Shown: positions 33,577 through 45,089, numbered from the stretch's first letter. The stretch: 64,000 nt of DNA from an uncultured cyanobacterium (GCA_963749915.1 CAVVOP010000022.1:96001-160000), one strand, 5' to 3'. Notes: generated by a model not told the origin, from the sequence alone. Numbers and translations: made by a program.

Positions 33577-33828
33577 TCGTAGCTGGGGTTTTTTGTCGGA
33601 ACCCTAGTTGCTGTTGTCCCTAACCGGATATTCTCCCAAATCCAGTTGAAATAACTGATTACTTCCCTCTCTATTCCTCAACTTAAAATTGTCAGAGTGC
33701 TAGCTGCGACCAAATAATGTTTGAAATAGACAGATAAAGGTATTAAGGTAGAAAGTATCCATTTCCTAAATTAAACATAGGGCAGGATAAAAATCTAATT
33801 TGGTTGTTATTTTCAGCTTACTACCTTT

Positions 33829-34650
33829 GTGCTTGTGACCAGACTTGCAATTCGGATGATGGGAAAAATATTGTTATCGGCTTTAATCGGCTACCTAACG
33901 TTATTGTTGCTCGTTTTTATATTTCAATGGAAATTGCTTTATTTGCCTAGCCAATTTCGCTTGTCAGAGGAAGCGGCACTTGAGGAAGGCTTAGTTTATT
34001 GGCCTTCGTTTGAAGATTATCGGGGATTTATCGGTCAGGAAAAAGCGGCCTCCGCAGAGGGAACCGTCATCATCTTTCACGGCAATGCCGGCGCAGCTTA
34101 TCATCGTTATTTCTACGTCAAAGCACTCTCAGCTTTAGGTTTACGAGTTATTTTGGCCGAGTATCCTGGTTATGGAGGCCGACCCGGACAACCCAGTGAA
34201 GAGATCTTGGTCAAGGATGCCTTGGAAACTATAGGGCTTACCTATCGGCAGTACGGCGAGCCTCTGTTCGTTTGGGGTGAGTCACTGGGGAGTGGAGTCG
34301 TTTCCAGTGCGGTTAGTCAAACTGACATCCCCTTAAAAGGAGTGGTCCTGTTTCTGCCCTGGGATTCGTTAGCGAGTTTGGCTCAAACACACTATTGGTA
34401 TTTTCCCGCACGCTGGTTAATACTAGATAAATACAATAATATTGATAACTTACGACAATTTGAAGGGAATGTCGCTGTCATACTAGCTGAAAACGATGAG
34501 GTTGTTCCCGTACAGCACGGCCAAAAGCTCTATGATTCAATTACAACCAGGAAAAAACTATGGTTGTTCGCCAAAGCAACACATAATGAGATGCCAGTTG
34601 CAGCAGAATTAAAGTGGTGGAAAGAGGTCATCGAATTTATTTCCCAGTGA
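33829..34650 (+). CDS. Alpha/beta hydrolase (ABHD13/Bem46-like) with N-terminal TM
   Basis: FHGNAG, EYPGYG, GESLG, DEVVP and HN motifs. The true start is probably the MMGK ATG. Confidence 0.88.
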   Translation: MLVTRLAIRMMGKILLSALIGYLTLLLLVFIFQWKLLYLPSQFRLSEEAALEEGLVYWPSFEDYRGFIGQEKAASAEGTVIIFHGNAGAAYHRYFYVKALSALGLRVILAEYPGYGGRPGQPSEEILVKDALETIGLTYRQYGEPLFVWGESLGSGVVSSAVSQTDIPLKGVVLFLPWDSLASLAQTHYWYFPARWLILDKYNNIDNLRQFEGNVAVILAENDEVVPVQHGQKLYDSITTRKKLWLFAKATHNEMPVAAELKWWKEVIEFISQ

Positions 34651-34785
34651 GACCCTCGTCATTGTCTCAAGGTTTGGTTAACTAAAAGGCGATCCCCATT
34701 GTTCTCTTGTTAATTATTTCGGCAACCCTCAGAGCAAGCAGTACAGGTTTTGAATTTTGGAGAATCATCTTCAGAACTGCATTAT

Positions 34786-35760
34786 TTACGTCCAACTACG
34801 GAAAAAATTAGTTTCTTGCCATGTTTGGGCGGTAAGTTGTTCAATCTCTGTTAATTGTTTTTCTGTCAAGGGTTGGAACTGTTGAGCAACCCGAACATTA
34901 CTCTCCAATTGGGCGGCATTTTCGGCCGCAATAACGCAACAATGAACACCTGCTAAAGACAAAACATAACCCATGGCTTGTTCCATTCCTGTTAATACTC
35001 CTTTTTTAAATAATTTCCCATAAGCAGGTATTTTCATCGTAACTACGCCAACATTCTTTTCTTGAGCTACAGGGAGAACAGTCGGTGCAAAGGGACGAGG
35101 ATGGTGAATATCGGCTGCATTCAAGGAGATTAAGGTCATATCAAAAGGATAACGTTGTAACGCTTCAGCAATAACATCTGGTTCATGATGCCCAGTTATG
35201 CCCGAAAAACGGATAATTTTTTGCTCTTTAGCTTCTTCTATAGTTCTGGCGGCACCATTTTTAGCAAATATCTGTTCTAATTCTTCTGGGAATGAAATAT
35301 GATGGAGTTGCCAAATATCCAAATAATCCGTTGTGAGTCTTTTTAGCGATCGCTCTAATTCTCTCCAGGCACTGTCTCGGTCTAGTTTTGCTGTTTTACT
35401 GGCAATAATTATTTGCTGACGATAGGGAGATAATGCTTGCCCCAAATACTCTTCCGAGGGGCCATAACTAGCCGCCGTGTCAAAATAGCGTATTCCTAAA
35501 TTGATAGCAGCTTCGATGATAGAATAGGATTCAGCCGCTTTTCCCCGATGAGATAAAGGTGTCTTTCCAGCACCTCCTAAACCCAAAAGGGGAACAGAAA
35601 GTCCTGTTCTACCTAAAATTCTCTCAGGCATAGGATTGATTGGAGCAGCCAAGGAAGCTCGTTTAACTAATGGTTCTCGACCACAAGCAACTGTTGTTAC
35701 CGTTGTTATTCCCGCTAAGATTAAGTTTCGTCTGCTAATTAAGTGCTTATTCGTGAACAT
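34786..35760 (-). CDS. Aldo/keto reductase with Tat/lipoprotein-like signal
   Basis: SRRNLIL...VAC N-terminus. LGRTG, FDTAASYG.SE and SLKRL.TDYLDIWQLH motifs. Confidence 0.9.
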   Translation of the reverse strand: MFTNKHLISRRNLILAGITTVTTVACGREPLVKRASLAAPINPMPERILGRTGLSVPLLGLGGAGKTPLSHRGKAAESYSIIEAAINLGIRYFDTAASYGPSEEYLGQALSPYRQQIIIASKTAKLDRDSAWRELERSLKRLTTDYLDIWQLHHISFPEELEQIFAKNGAARTIEEAKEQKIIRFSGITGHHEPDVIAEALQRYPFDMTLISLNAADIHHPRPFAPTVLPVAQEKNVGVVTMKIPAYGKLFKKGVLTGMEQAMGYVLSLAGVHCCVIAAENAAQLESNVRVAQQFQPLTEKQLTEIEQLTAQTWQETNFFRSWT

Positions 35761-35886
35761 TGACTGTATCTTCCCAGAGAAAGTTTGATATATGGATCTA
35801 TGATTTCCCGTTGATTCTCAGCTAATAATAGTCTTGGATAGAACCCAATGGCAAGATAAAAATATTTTCATAATTAGTCTAATTTT

Positions 35887-35946
35887 TAACTGTCCTTCGG
35901 GCGAGGCAGAAGGGAAAATTTTTAGACCAGGAAAAAAGCCTTTTTG
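35887..35946 (+). repeat. Dispersed repeat modules A+C (shared with 63621-63758)
   Basis: TAACTGtCCTTCGGGCGAGGCAGAAGG-GAAAATTTTTAGACCAgGAAAAAAGCCTTTTTG. Confidence 0.85.
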
Positions 35947-35953
35947 TCTCGCC

Positions 35954-35984
35954 CAATTGGGTTTAAGTCCCCCGTACCCAATTG
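35954..35984. terminator. Hairpin just downstream of the 46-aa small ORF
   Basis: CAATTGGGT...ACCCAATTG inverted repeat. Confidence 0.45.
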
Positions 35985-35989
35985 TTGTT

Positions 35990-36130
35990 TTAATTTTTTT
36001 CTTTGTAAGGATCACCCTCAAAAGGCTGGGCACCTGTTTCGGGATAGTCGTCTTCGCTGGCACTAAAAATACGACGGACTCCACTGCCAATATATTGAAT
36101 AAAGTTCTGTAACCATTTGAAGATATTCAT
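35990..36130 (-). CDS. Small protein (46 aa), missed by the ORF track
   Basis: MNIFKWLQNFIQYIGSGVRRIFSASEDDYPETGAQPFEGDPYKEKN*, with a GGAGG ribosome-binding site upstream. Confidence 0.75.
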   Translation of the reverse strand: MNIFKWLQNFIQYIGSGVRRIFSASEDDYPETGAQPFEGDPYKEKN

Positions 36131-36299
36131 AGCTTTTAATCCTCCATCTATTGTTGGGATGATTAACCTCTCTTCTAGTCTAAACTAAACCGACAATATA
36201 TTTCCTTAACCGAAAAGTATTGAGCGTCATCCGATTAAACAAAACCAAAAAGCACCCCCTATTACTAGAAAGTGTTTTTTATTTATTATTTAGTTGTCA

Positions 36300-38411
36300 T
36301 TATTTGTCTGTGTGTCTGTCTAAAAATGCTAAAAAATCTTCCTCTTTTAATGGTTTACTCAGTAACCATCCTTGGATAATATCACAGTTAAGATGTTTTA
36401 ATAATTTTTTCTGATTTTCCATTTCTACTCCCTCAGCTACCACCATCATATTATATCCTTTTGCTAAGGTAATTACCGCGGAAACTAAGGCCTGATCCTG
36501 TTTATTTACAGCTAAGTCAACGATAAAAGATTGATCTATCTTGATGATATGAAAAGGGAATTTTTTTAAGTAACCAAAAGAAGAATAACCCGTACCAAAG
36601 TCATCTAAAGAAAATTTTACTCCCAGACTAGACAATTCACCAATAATAAGTTCTGTTCTTGTCACATCCTGCATTAAAAGACTTTCGGTAATTTCTAATT
36701 CTAAATACTGAGGATCAAATTGCGTTTTGTCTAAAATATCTTTGACTTGTTCGACAAAATCTTCTTGTTGAAATTGTTTGACAGAAACATTGACGGCTAT
36801 AATTAGATTTTTATAACCCAAATCATGCCATTTTTTACCGTAAATACAGGCATTTTCCAATACCCATTTCCCAATCGGTATAATTAAACCAGTTTCTTCT
36901 GCTAAAGGAATAAATTTCGCTGGAGAAACCATGTCCAAACTGGGATGTCGCCAACGTAATAATACTTCTACACCGGAAATACGATTAATTTTTAAGTCTA
37001 ATTGGGGTTGAAAATTTAAAAATAATTCTTTATTTTCTAAGGCATTATATAAAGAGTTTTCCAACTCAAATAAGAGAGTTTGTTCCTGACTTAATTTAGT
37101 TGTATAAAATTGACAATTATTTTTGCCCATTTGTTTTGCCCTAAATAAGGCAATATCAGCATTTTTAATTAATTTTTGTTCGTCTAAACCGTTGTCAGGG
37201 TAAACAGCGATTCCGATACTGCAAGTCACAAAAACTGTATATTTTTCTACTAAAAAAGGCTCTCTCAGACTATTGAGAATAAGATCAGCAACATTTCTCG
37301 CACTGGGTAAATCATCGTCTAGTGGGGCTATGACGGTAAATTCATCTCCTCCCCAACGTGCCAAAAAACAGTTGGAGGGAAGGCAAGAAACTAGACGTTG
37401 AGAAAAACCTTCTAATAATTTATCTCCTACAGTATGATTGAGAGTTTCGTTTATATTTTTAAAGCGATCGATATCAATAAAGAAAATGGCTAATGATTTT
37501 TTCTGTTCTTCTTTCTTCCCAAGATATTTTGTTAATTCCCAATAAAAAAATTCCCGATTAGGAATGCCCGTTAAAGAATCATGGTAAGCTTGATATTTCA
37601 ATTTAGCTTCAGAATTTTTGCGGCTAGTAATGTCAAAAATATAACTTCTAACTACATTTTCCCTAGACAAATAGTGAATATATTGCTCAAAATATTTATC
37701 TTGGACCTTGATTTCTCTAATGATTAATTCTTTATTTATTTGATTGCTATTATTCAAGCCAGAAGTTAAAGGATTAATGAAAATATCATCAGTTAATAAC
37801 TCTCCAAAAGATAAATTAGCGGCAGGATTTGTGTAAATTATTTTTCCGTTAAAATCAAATTCTATAATTGGATTAGGGGACAATTCAGGAAAAGATGCTA
37901 ACCTGTTAATATCTTTATTACTCAAATTTTCACTTAGATTTTCTTCCGAAATAATCAAAGTATCCTGTAGTCTTTCCCTAAAATTAAAAGATGAAGGAGT
38001 GTCTTTTTTTGATATTTTTGATAATATACCAGCAGGGGAAAAATTATCCTCTGGTAAAACACTTTCCTGTTGATAAATAGCTTTAATTTCGCTAGTGCCA
38101 AAAACAATTATATCTCCATCATGTAGTTGATGATTAATAATTCTTTTCCCATTAACTAAAATACCATTTTGACTTCTTTTACCTTTTAAATCTCCATCAA
38201 TTAAAACATATAAACTTTCCTCAGTAGCTAAATCTTTTCTGATCAAAGTACCATGGTATCTTGATACTGCATCTGAATTTAACTGAATATTATTATCAGA
38301 ATGGCGGCCAATAGAATAGATACTCTCCGTCAAAGAAATGATAGTTTGCGGTGAGACATTATCCGGATGTAATAAGATAAAATGATTTTTCTTGTTGTGA
38401 GAGTTATTCAT
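36300..38411 (-). CDS. FHA-PAS-GGDEF-EAL protein with intact catalytic motifs
   Basis: FHA motifs IGRH and VSRYH, SFPELSPNPI, HDSLTG, GGDEF, EVLLRW and DDFGTGYSS. Confidence 0.92.
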   Translation of the reverse strand: MNNSHNKKNHFILLHPDNVSPQTIISLTESIYSIGRHSDNNIQLNSDAVSRYHGTLIRKDLATEESLYVLIDGDLKGKRSQNGILVNGKRIINHQLHDGDIIVFGTSEIKAIYQQESVLPEDNFSPAGILSKISKKDTPSSFNFRERLQDTLIISEENLSENLSNKDINRLASFPELSPNPIIEFDFNGKIIYTNPAANLSFGELLTDDIFINPLTSGLNNSNQINKELIIREIKVQDKYFEQYIHYLSRENVVRSYIFDITSRKNSEAKLKYQAYHDSLTGIPNREFFYWELTKYLGKKEEQKKSLAIFFIDIDRFKNINETLNHTVGDKLLEGFSQRLVSCLPSNCFLARWGGDEFTVIAPLDDDLPSARNVADLILNSLREPFLVEKYTVFVTCSIGIAVYPDNGLDEQKLIKNADIALFRAKQMGKNNCQFYTTKLSQEQTLLFELENSLYNALENKELFLNFQPQLDLKINRISGVEVLLRWRHPSLDMVSPAKFIPLAEETGLIIPIGKWVLENACIYGKKWHDLGYKNLIIAVNVSVKQFQQEDFVEQVKDILDKTQFDPQYLELEITESLLMQDVTRTELIIGELSSLGVKFSLDDFGTGYSSFGYLKKFPFHIIKIDQSFIVDLAVNKQDQALVSAVITLAKGYNMMVVAEGVEMENQKKLLKHLNCDIIQGWLLSKPLKEEDFLAFLDRHTDK

Positions 38412-38500
38412 TCAGGGATATGTTTTTATTCATCAATCATCAGCAATAATGCGAGTTCCTTTCGGGTTCAGATCTAGAGAACCTGATTGTCTCTAAAAGC

Positions 38501-41068
38501 TTATAAATTATAACTAGAATTAGCTAAAAATTTGTTTATATCTTCCAAATTTAAAGCTGGAGTGAACCAATTACCCTGTATTTCTTTGCAACCTAATGCT
38601 AATAACTGATCTACTTGTGCCTTAACTTCCACTCCCCCGGCAACTACTCGCAAATTTAAAATTTCAGCCATGGTCATCAGTACTTTTACCATCGCTTTCT
38701 CCAGATTATCGGCCATAAAACTTTGTATTACTGGGCGATCGATTTTTAAGGTAGAAAATTCAAACTGTTTCAAGTAACCTAAGGATATGGCCCCCGTGCC
38801 AAAATTATCCAAAGCAATCCTTACCCCTAATTCATTTAATTCTTTCAAGGTTTTGGCGGCCAATTCCATATCGGCGGCGATGGTTTTTTCGGTAATTTCT
38901 AATTCCAATAAATAAGGTTCTAATCCAGTTTTGGTTAAAATATTACTAATCATTCCCGCAAAATCAGGTTGTTGAAATTGTTGGGTAGAAATGTTAATGC
39001 AAATTGGTTGACTTCTTAATGTATTTTGTTGCCATTGTTTCCGTTGAAAACAGGCCGTTTCTATGATCCATTCACCTATAGGCACAATTAACCCTGTTTC
39101 TTCCGCTAAGGGTATAAATTGATCTGGGGTGATCCTCCCCAAATCTGGATGATCCCATCTTATTAACGCCTCTAAACCGGTGATTTTCTGTAAATCTGTC
39201 GCTATCTGGGGCTGATAGTACACAGGAAATTCATTTCGTTCTAAAGCATGGGCCAATAATTTTTCAATTCTTAATAAACGCTCAACTTCTAATTGTATTT
39301 TCTGGTCAAAAAATTTATAGTTATTACTATTGCTACCAGATTCTTTACTTTTAGATAATGCTGTTTGCCCTTGGTTAAGTAGTCCTTCCGAAGTTATATC
39401 CTCCTTCACTTTTAGTGCTACCCCCATGCTAGTTTTAAAGTAAATTTTGTGGTTATCCAAGAAAAACGGCGGTTTCAAAGATTCTAATATTCTATTACTC
39501 ACTCTTCCTACATCTTTTATGCTTCTTACTTGAGGCAACAAACAGACAAAGGTAGATAATTCCCAATGTGCTACTGTGTCACCTGAACGCAAAGATGCCC
39601 TTAAACGTTTAGCAAAACCATCTAAAATACTCGATTTGAGACTATGATTTAAATTGTGCCTATTTTCTTCCAAAATTTCCAATTCAAGAAAAATTATGCA
39701 CAATAACCCCTGATTGCGACAACTATTGGCAATGGCAGTGTTAAGCTGTTCCATAAATAATTGTCGATTAGGTAAGCCTGTTTCGAGATCATATAATCCT
39801 TGTTCCTGAATAAAAGTATCCTGGTTAATATTTCTACTACTAATCGGGCGCACAGCAAAGGATAAAATTGTTTGATCACCGTAATGAACCCAAGTGATAT
39901 TTGACTCTAATTCAACTGATGACTTATTTTTACTTTTATAAATAAATTGTTTAACAAAAGTTTTGTCTTTTTTGGCTTTTAAAATAAAATTAATTTGCTC
40001 ATCCAAAGCAGGTGTATTAAGATCGATTAAATCATATAATTTTAACGAATAAAGATCATCTAAACTATAACCTAATAAATCCGCCAAAGCATTATTAGCC
40101 TCTAAAATCTTTTTACTATTAGCATCTGCTAAGAAAATTCCATCTTTAGTTTGACTAATAAAAGCCTTATATCTTTGCTCACTTTCCTGTAATTGAGTCT
40201 CTAAAACCTTACGTTTTGTAAAATCAAAAATGTAACTTCTAATTAATTTTTTATCCGATAAATAATGAATATATTGCTCAAAAATTTGATCTTTGATGCT
40301 AACTTCTCTGACAAATAATTTATTGTTGTTGCCGTGATTTTCAATATTTTTAATTAAACCAACTAAAATAGGATGATTATCCTTTAAAGGATTATTTTTT
40401 AGTTCAGGAAATTTATTAATAGCCGAGGGATTAAGATAAGTAATTTTTCCTTCCCAATCCATTTCAATAATGGGATTTGGACTCAACTCAGGGAAAGAAG
40501 CTAACTTAGTAATATCAGTATCTTGAGTATCTTGAAAAACCGTATTCTCTTCTGACTCCATATTAGGTTCAGAAATAACTAAAGTTTGTTTTGAATCTCG
40601 ATCATACTGAGACGTTTTCCCACCCATAATAGTACTTTCAGGCTCCACAGACTGATTAAAATCACCAGATTGTAATAAAGCTAAATCAGACATACTATTC
40701 AGAACATAATAACTAGCTCGAATTTCAAAGCCTAAACGGATTACATCTTCGTGTTTTAACTCTTGAACTAAACATCTTTTATCGTTAATAAAAATGCCAT
40801 TAGTACTACGATTTCCTTGTAAATCTCCATCTAAAAGCCAATAGGAAAAACTCTTATTCTTGGTATCAGCTCTTCTTAGTAAAGTGGCGTGAAAACGAGA
40901 AACTTTTTTGGAGGATAAGGGAATTTTATTGCGAGGATCTCGGCCGATAGAATAATTTGCTTCCTCTAAAATAAGAGTTTTGCGTGAATGTTCTTCTTCT
41001 AGCACTAAAACATGAGTAACAGTCTGTAAATCTCGATTTAAAGTTGTTTTGTTATAGTCGTTATTCAT
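38501..41068 (-). CDS. FHA-PAS-PAS-GGDEF(degenerate)-EAL protein
   Basis: IGRD, VSRFHA and STNG. The GGDEF site reads ELSTF. EALIRW and LDNFGTG. Confidence 0.9.
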   Translation of the reverse strand: MNNDYNKTTLNRDLQTVTHVLVLEEEHSRKTLILEEANYSIGRDPRNKIPLSSKKVSRFHATLLRRADTKNKSFSYWLLDGDLQGNRSTNGIFINDKRCLVQELKHEDVIRLGFEIRASYYVLNSMSDLALLQSGDFNQSVEPESTIMGGKTSQYDRDSKQTLVISEPNMESEENTVFQDTQDTDITKLASFPELSPNPIIEMDWEGKITYLNPSAINKFPELKNNPLKDNHPILVGLIKNIENHGNNNKLFVREVSIKDQIFEQYIHYLSDKKLIRSYIFDFTKRKVLETQLQESEQRYKAFISQTKDGIFLADANSKKILEANNALADLLGYSLDDLYSLKLYDLIDLNTPALDEQINFILKAKKDKTFVKQFIYKSKNKSSVELESNITWVHYGDQTILSFAVRPISSRNINQDTFIQEQGLYDLETGLPNRQLFMEQLNTAIANSCRNQGLLCIIFLELEILEENRHNLNHSLKSSILDGFAKRLRASLRSGDTVAHWELSTFVCLLPQVRSIKDVGRVSNRILESLKPPFFLDNHKIYFKTSMGVALKVKEDITSEGLLNQGQTALSKSKESGSNSNNYKFFDQKIQLEVERLLRIEKLLAHALERNEFPVYYQPQIATDLQKITGLEALIRWDHPDLGRITPDQFIPLAEETGLIVPIGEWIIETACFQRKQWQQNTLRSQPICINISTQQFQQPDFAGMISNILTKTGLEPYLLELEITEKTIAADMELAAKTLKELNELGVRIALDNFGTGAISLGYLKQFEFSTLKIDRPVIQSFMADNLEKAMVKVLMTMAEILNLRVVAGGVEVKAQVDQLLALGCKEIQGNWFTPALNLEDINKFLANSSYNL

Positions 41069-41201
41069 AAGATATTAAAAGTATGTAGCTTTTGTGTTGT
41101 AGTAATGACGAATTAAGATGTAAAATTGAAACAATACTTGATAATCAATTATAAAATGGCAGACAGAAAAAAAATAATGTTTTATTGCTCATGACTAATT
41201 G

Positions 41202-43674
41202 CTAGTTCATCATAGTATGTTCTGCCTTACGAAGAAAGATCGTTGCCTCTTTAGAAGAAAGAGGCCTACTCAATAAATTACCTTGAATTTCTGCACAACC
41301 CAAATCCCTAAGTAATTCCATTTGTTCTAATTTTTCAATACCTACGGCTACTAATCTGATACCATAGCCTTGGCATAAAACACTCATACTTTGAATAAAG
41401 GCTTTATTTTTGGTATTTTCTTCTAATAATTTAATCAAACTAGAGCTAATTTTCACAGTATCAAAGGGTACTTTTTGCAGATAAATGAAAGAGGAATTTC
41501 CCGCACCAAAATTATCTAAACATAAGTTTACTTTTAAAGCCGATAAATCAGCTAATATTTGATATGCCAATTGAGAATTTTGTAAAAAACAACTTTCTGT
41601 AATTTCTAACTCTAGTAGATGTGAGGGCAATGTGGTTTGTTCTAAGACTTTTTCGATGGTTTTCACAAAATTAGGTTGAAAAAGCTGTCTTGCAGAAATA
41701 TTTATCCCCATAGGCAAAGGAGAAATATTTTGTTTCATCCATGTTTCCATCTGTAAGGTTACTGTTTGTAAAATCCACATTCCCAAAGGTAACATAAAAT
41801 CTGTTTCTTCCGTTAACCGTAAAAAATGACGGGGAGTGACTTTTCCCAATTCGGGATGATTCCAACGCAACAAGGCTTCTAAGCCTGTTAATTGCCGAGT
41901 TTCACTATCGATTTGGGGTTGATAACAAAGGAAAAATTGTTGATCGCGAATGGCATTACCGATTAAATTTTCCAATTTTAACAAACTGGCCGTTTTCGGA
42001 CTAACAGTAAATCCGGTTATCCCATAAAGGTTGTTATTTTTTGCCTTTTTGTTTTGTTCAAGGGAGAGTAAACTATTTTTTAGTAATAATGAAAGTTCAT
42101 CGCCGTCGATGGGATAAATCGCTAAATTTATATTTATATTTAATTTAATATCACCGGAAGATTCTCGTAAAAATTGCTCTAAAGTAGAAGATAATTTTTT
42201 GGCAATTTTAGCGGGGTTCCTCGGTCCATTGATACGGGGAAATAACACCATAAATTTGTTTTCATCCCATCTTGCCATCAGTTCTCCTGCCGCCAGACAA
42301 GATGTGATTATTTGAGCAAAATTTTTGATTAATTTATCAATATTTTCTTGAGTATTATTTTGTTTAAATTCCTCAAATTTATCAATCCCTACTACGATTA
42401 AAGCCATTAAATATTGACACCGCTCTGCATTGGCGATCGCTATAATTAATTGTTCATTAAATAACTTTTGGTTAGGAAGATGAGTTGTGTAATCGTGGAA
42501 GACTTGATCATTTGAATTATCAATATTTTCTGAATTAATACTATTTTTTACCACAAAACAATAAATATCCCTGTTTTGATAGCTAATGGAACTAATACTA
42601 GATTTTAAATTAATTAAAGAACCATCCTGATGACGATATAAATATTGTCTTGTAAAATCCTCCTTGTTTTCCAACACATTCGTTAAATCTTGGTTAAAAC
42701 TACTTAAATCACTAGCAATAAGATTGTAAAGAGTCAAATTCGTAATTTCTTGACCAGAATAACCCAAGAGATTCAAAAAAGAATCATTCGCTTCAATAAT
42801 CCGCTTATTACTGGCATAGGCCAAGAAAATCCCCTCGGAAGTTTGTCTGGCGATAGCACGATAACGAGCTTCACTTTCTCGTAATTGAGCCTCCACCTGT
42901 TTTCTTTTGGTAAAATCAAAAATATAACAACGAATTAATTTTTTTTCCGAGAGATAATGAACATATTGTTCAAAAACTTCCGCACCAATTTTAACTTCTC
43001 TTAAAAATAAATTACCTTGTCGATTATTATATTCCGTCAACAAGCCTGAGAGAATGGGATGCTCTAATTTAAGAATCATGAATAGTATCAAATTTAATAC
43101 TAGCCGCCGGATTGAGATAAGTAATATTACCATCCCAATCTAGCTCAATAATAGGACTAGGACTCAATTCAGGGAAAGAAGCGAGACGAATTAACTCCTG
43201 TTGATCTTCCGTATTACTAGAATTCTTCCATTTCTCACTCATAGTTTCACTAGATTGACTCGTGAGAGTTATAGAAGAAGCATTAATTTTGTCTAAACCA
43301 TCGGGATTAAATAAATCAATATTCGAATCCTTAGGAATAATGTAATAATTAGCCTTAGCCTCATTAGCAAAACGAATGGCATCACCATGTTTTAATTCAT
43401 GAGAAATACAAACATGTCCATTAACTAAGATTCCGTTAGTACTTCTTTTTCCTTGTAAATCACCGTCAATAATACGATAAGAAAAACTATCGCTTCCAGT
43501 CTCCATTCGGCGAATTAAGGTTGCATGAGTACGAGAAACTTGATAGTCATAAAGAATGATGGAATTATTGGAATCTCTACCCAGACTATAGTTACTTTCT
43601 TCAAGAGAAATTATCCTTCTACCTTTGCGATCTTCAATGACTAAAACGTGACGAAATTCTTGTCCTTCGCTCAT
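41202..43674 (-). pseudogene. FHA-PAS-PAS-GGDEF(degenerate)-EAL protein, frameshifted near 43075
   Basis: ORFs 43069-43674 and 41202-43133 join as IKFDTIHD|LKLEHPIL when one T is removed. The GGDEF site reads DENKF. EALLRW and LDNFGAG. Confidence 0.85.
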
Positions 43675-43832
43675 GTAATTCTACCCCAGATAATTAATAT
43701 AACCTAATAAATATTAATATTTCTTAATTATTTATTTTCACAGTTTATTCTCCCTAACTATTATAGATGAGTTAGAAGATGACAGTTAAAGTTTAATGTA
43801 AAACCGATTGATTCTATTAGTTAAAAACTTTT

Positions 43833-45089
43833 TTGACAATGTCGAAATTTTTAAAATTCAAAAATTTAGTGACTTTATTGTATTATTTTCTGATTAGTAT
43901 TTTACTGATTTTATTGTTTAAAACTTGCCAGATTAATCAATCCGACCAACCATCAAAACAACTTGAAGGAAAACTGTTGATTCGGCATTCCATAGAGGGT
44001 AAAGTCTCCAATGTGATCAGTGATGCAGTGAAAAAATTTGAATCATTAAATCCTCAAGTTCGTGTGATTACTCAATTTATTCCTCCAAATCGAAATCCTT
44101 CACTTTTTGTCGAAGAATCCCAAAGGGGTTTTGGTGAAAGTATGTTGATCCTTCAAGCTAGAAATATTGGGGAATTAGTTAAAAAAAGGCTGATTAACCC
44201 CATTAATTCAGAATCCATCGATTTATCTACCTATTTCCCTACCACTTTAAATCAAGTTCGCTATGGAGGTCAAGTCTATGGTGTGCCTTTAGGCTCGCAG
44301 ACACAAGTTTTGTGCTATAACAAAGCCAAATTGCAAATAACAGAAGACCCTATATTTAGCAACCCGCCAAGGAATTTAGACGGATTAATTGAGCGGGCGA
44401 AAAAAGGTTATTCTGTGGGTTTGGTCTCCTCCTTTGAAGAGACCTTTTGGGGAATGGGAGCTTTTGGCGGCAGATTTTTCAATGAACAAGGATTATTGGA
44501 ACCTAACCTAGGGGGATGGGCAGAATGGATTGATTGGTTAAAAAAAGCCAATCTACAACCTAACTTTATTTTAGCTTCTGAACGTAGTATTCTACACAAT
44601 GCTTTCGCTCAGGGGGAATTAGCCTATTATATCTGTGATTCAGGAGAAATTCCGGATTTAGAAACCAGTCTCCAAGATAGCTTACGAATTGCTCTACTAC
44701 CTCAAGGGGAAAAAGGAAAAGCAATCCCTCTTCTTAAAACAACAGTAATAGTTTTTAATAAAAGTAATAGTGCCAGTGAAAATAATTTAGGATTAGCCTT
44801 TACTAAATTTATGACAAATCCAGAGCAACAACTGATAGGAATTATTAAAACTCAGAGTTTTATACCTTCTAATCGTAATGTTAACCCCAATGTCGATTTA
44901 CTTCCCCTCGAATCCGTTTTATTAAAACAGGTTGAATCTGCCATTGCTATTCCCCTTGATAACTTAGAACAATTTACACAAGTTTTTGAGAAAGGAGAAA
45001 TCTTATATCAACAAGCCTTTCAGGGGGAGATCCTTACCACCGAAGCCCCTCAAAAATTAATGATGTTTATGAATAGTCTCACGGAATAA
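43833..45089 (+). CDS. Sugar-type ABC substrate-binding protein
   Basis: N-terminal hydrophobic anchor, FESLNPQVRV, YGVP...LCYNK, F..G.LA and FMTNPEQQ. Confidence 0.8.
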   Translation: MTMSKFLKFKNLVTLLYYFLISILLILLFKTCQINQSDQPSKQLEGKLLIRHSIEGKVSNVISDAVKKFESLNPQVRVITQFIPPNRNPSLFVEESQRGFGESMLILQARNIGELVKKRLINPINSESIDLSTYFPTTLNQVRYGGQVYGVPLGSQTQVLCYNKAKLQITEDPIFSNPPRNLDGLIERAKKGYSVGLVSSFEETFWGMGAFGGRFFNEQGLLEPNLGGWAEWIDWLKKANLQPNFILASERSILHNAFAQGELAYYICDSGEIPDLETSLQDSLRIALLPQGEKGKAIPLLKTTVIVFNKSNSASENNLGLAFTKFMTNPEQQLIGIIKTQSFIPSNRNVNPNVDLLPLESVLLKQVESAIAIPLDNLEQFTQVFEKGEILYQQAFQGEILTTEAPQKLMMFMNSLTE

